NCBI GenBank assembly: GCA_963663965.2
Contig: CAXXFK010000018.1
Coordinates: forward strand, 1-64,000
Reading direction: 5' to 3'
Length of the DNA: 64,000 nt
Source: Sedimentisphaerales bacterium
GTDB lineage: Bacteria; Planctomycetota; Phycisphaerae; Sedimentisphaerales; SM23-30
This document shows, piece after piece, positions 62,483 through 64,000 of the stretch. The notes under the pieces are model-generated. The model saw only the letters and a program-made list of their open reading frames with translations, was not told the origin of the DNA and did not search any database. The translations under genes and the position numbers were made by a program. The stretch's first letter is position 1. Each line of letters opens with the position of its first letter.

Positions 62483-63339
62483 TTTTCAAGGAGATTGTTA
62501 TGTCACGAATGATCGCAGTGTTTATGCTGATCGTTTCTGTTATGCTCACGGGATGCTTTAATGGAAACGGTTCTCAATGTCGAAAGATTAAGATTGTTGC
62601 TCATCGAGGCGCCTCTTTTGTCGCGCCGGAAAACACTGTAGCGTCAACGGTTCTGGCGTTTGAAAAAAAGGCGGATATCTCCGAAATCGATGTCTATCTT
62701 TCCCAGGATCATCGCATGATAGTGATTCATGATAAAACCACCAAACGAACGGCTGGTGTCGACCTGACCGTGGCTGAAACCGACTCCGACCGGTTGCGGG
62801 AGTTGGAAGTGGGCACATTCAAATCGAGCGAATACACCGGCGAAAAGATTCCTTTTATCGAAGAAATCATCGCCGTTATTCCACGGGGCAAAAAATTATT
62901 TATTGAGATCAAATGCGGTCCGGAGATTGTGCCTTATCTGAAAAAGGCAATCGAAAACAGCGGCCGGGAAAAGCGGATGGAAATTATCGCCGGCAGCATG
63001 GAGGTCCTGACCGCCTGTGGCGAACTGCTGCCTGCCCTGCCGCGCTATTGGGTGCTGGCATCTAAAAAGGATAAGGACACAGGCAAATACCTGCCCTACG
63101 AACCCGGTATCATCGACCAGGCGGTCGCCGCCAGGTTAACTGGATTGGATCTGCATTATATGGGATTAACCCCCGAATTTGCCCAACAAGTTCATCAGGC
63201 AGGCCTGGAACTGTATGTATGGACCGTCAATGATGAGAAAGCTGCTCAGACCATGTGTACTTATGGAGTGGATGGTATTACCACTGATAAACCCGACACC
63301 ATCCGGGCGGCGCTTAAGAATCAGACTTCCAGTCTTTAA
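62479..63339 (+). CDS. glpQ: Glycerophosphodiester phosphodiesterase (lipoprotein)
   Basis: Lipobox LTGC; AHRGAS..PENT, EIDV, IEIK, WTVND and DGITTD motifs. Confidence 0.9.
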   Translation: MIFKEIVMSRMIAVFMLIVSVMLTGCFNGNGSQCRKIKIVAHRGASFVAPENTVASTVLAFEKKADISEIDVYLSQDHRMIVIHDKTTKRTAGVDLTVAETDSDRLRELEVGTFKSSEYTGEKIPFIEEIIAVIPRGKKLFIEIKCGPEIVPYLKKAIENSGREKRMEIIAGSMEVLTACGELLPALPRYWVLASKKDKDTGKYLPYEPGIIDQAVAARLTGLDLHYMGLTPEFAQQVHQAGLELYVWTVNDEKAAQTMCTYGVDGITTDKPDTIRAALKNQTSSL

Positions 63340-63753
63340 GCATGATAAAATGGGGAGCTTGAAATACCGGCTTCAAGATCCCCTGCCTTTCCGGAAATAC
63401 AATCCTTTTGGGCAGCCCATCAAGCACGCTACAATAGACGTACTGCGATTTTAGATGCGAAACGAACCCAATTATTAATCCCAACTGCTTATTCGATCAT
63501 TTCTTTTCACCTTCGGGGATTATAATCATTGATCTAACTAATTCATCTCATATGAGTTATATTCCTTTGATATTTCCATTGGTATTAAGCCGACAACAAA
63601 TAAAATCACCTTGGTTATTAAAGCCCGCCTTGATTCATTGATTTACCCTGATTTATCCGATCTGTATAATTGATCGACGCACGAAGTATCATTGTGCGTC
63701 AAGCAATGTCTATATAACCCTATGACCAACCTGGCAATTAAGCTAACGCAAAA

Positions 63754-64000
63754 ATGAATGACCCACTAATCCATACGGACCAGCTAAATTATCGTGGCCG
63801 TAATTTATCCAACTGGATGTTGATTATCATCAGCGGTTTATTATGTTTTGGCGCGTTAATGGTATTCTCTGCCGGAGCCAGTGTCGATCGTGAATTCCAA
63901 TGGTCTAATTGCTGGCAATATATCACGGTCCGCCGGGTCTTGTTCGTCCCGATTGTCTGGATCGTCCTGGCCATTGTCAGCCGTTTAAATTACCGCAAGT
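63754..64000 (+). CDS. FtsW/RodA/SpoVE (SEDS) family protein, N-terminal part (runs off window)
   Basis: MNDPL..LLCFGALMVFSAGAS..RRVLFVPIVWIVLAIVSRLNYRK matches the GLVMVYSAS..IDYR pattern of SEDS N-termini. Confidence 0.7.
   Translation, partial: MNDPLIHTDQLNYRGRNLSNWMLIIISGLLCFGALMVFSAGASVDREFQWSNCWQYITVRRVLFVPIVWIVLAIVSRLNYRK

Noticed and set aside
1..64000. tRNA, rRNA or prophage structural genes
   Set aside because: I saw no tRNA cloverleaf or T-arm context, rRNA-like sequence, integrase, terminase large subunit or capsid ORFs on reading. tRNAscan/Infernal was not run.

Overview
Bacterial chromosomal window, probably from a Planctomycetota member of the Phycisphaerae/Sedimentisphaerales type. 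This is an inference from dockerin-like 'GDLNGDCRIDLDDF..WL' domains, several sulfatases, Tat-exported oxidoreductases and an M50-peptidase/HlyD operon. Housekeeping and accessory genes include corA, rpmB, panD, lgt, an ECF sigma/anti-sigma pair, two sensor kinases, carbohydrate and sulfate-ester enzymes, a Firmicutes-style GlpP-controlled glycerophosphate cluster and the start of an FtsW/RodA gene. Mobile DNA comprises a complete IS66 (8-bp TSD), a complete IS630 splitting an FGE-sulfatase-domain gene, a 180-bp MITE with TAA duplication and several REP-like hairpins. The most unusual locus is 30.2-32.3 kb: a non-coding array of ~300-350-bp modular repeats, each with a fixed-length 36-nt variable core in TAA-N19-(T/A)TA geometry. 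It lies directly upstream of an uncharacterised 'KSTGPKTPEGK..NAIKHGL' protein whose coding sequence carries a variant of the repeat motif. Also notable are a stand-alone TIR/SEFIR gene in a low-GC patch, three tandem DUF2310-like Zn-ribbon paralogs, an XRE-HTH/acyl-carrier-protein operon and a strong local C/G strand-skew inversion. Dense frameshifts at 0.1-3.3 kb and 39.4-44.9 kb are most likely sequencing or assembly indels. All calls come from reading the sequence; no searches were run.
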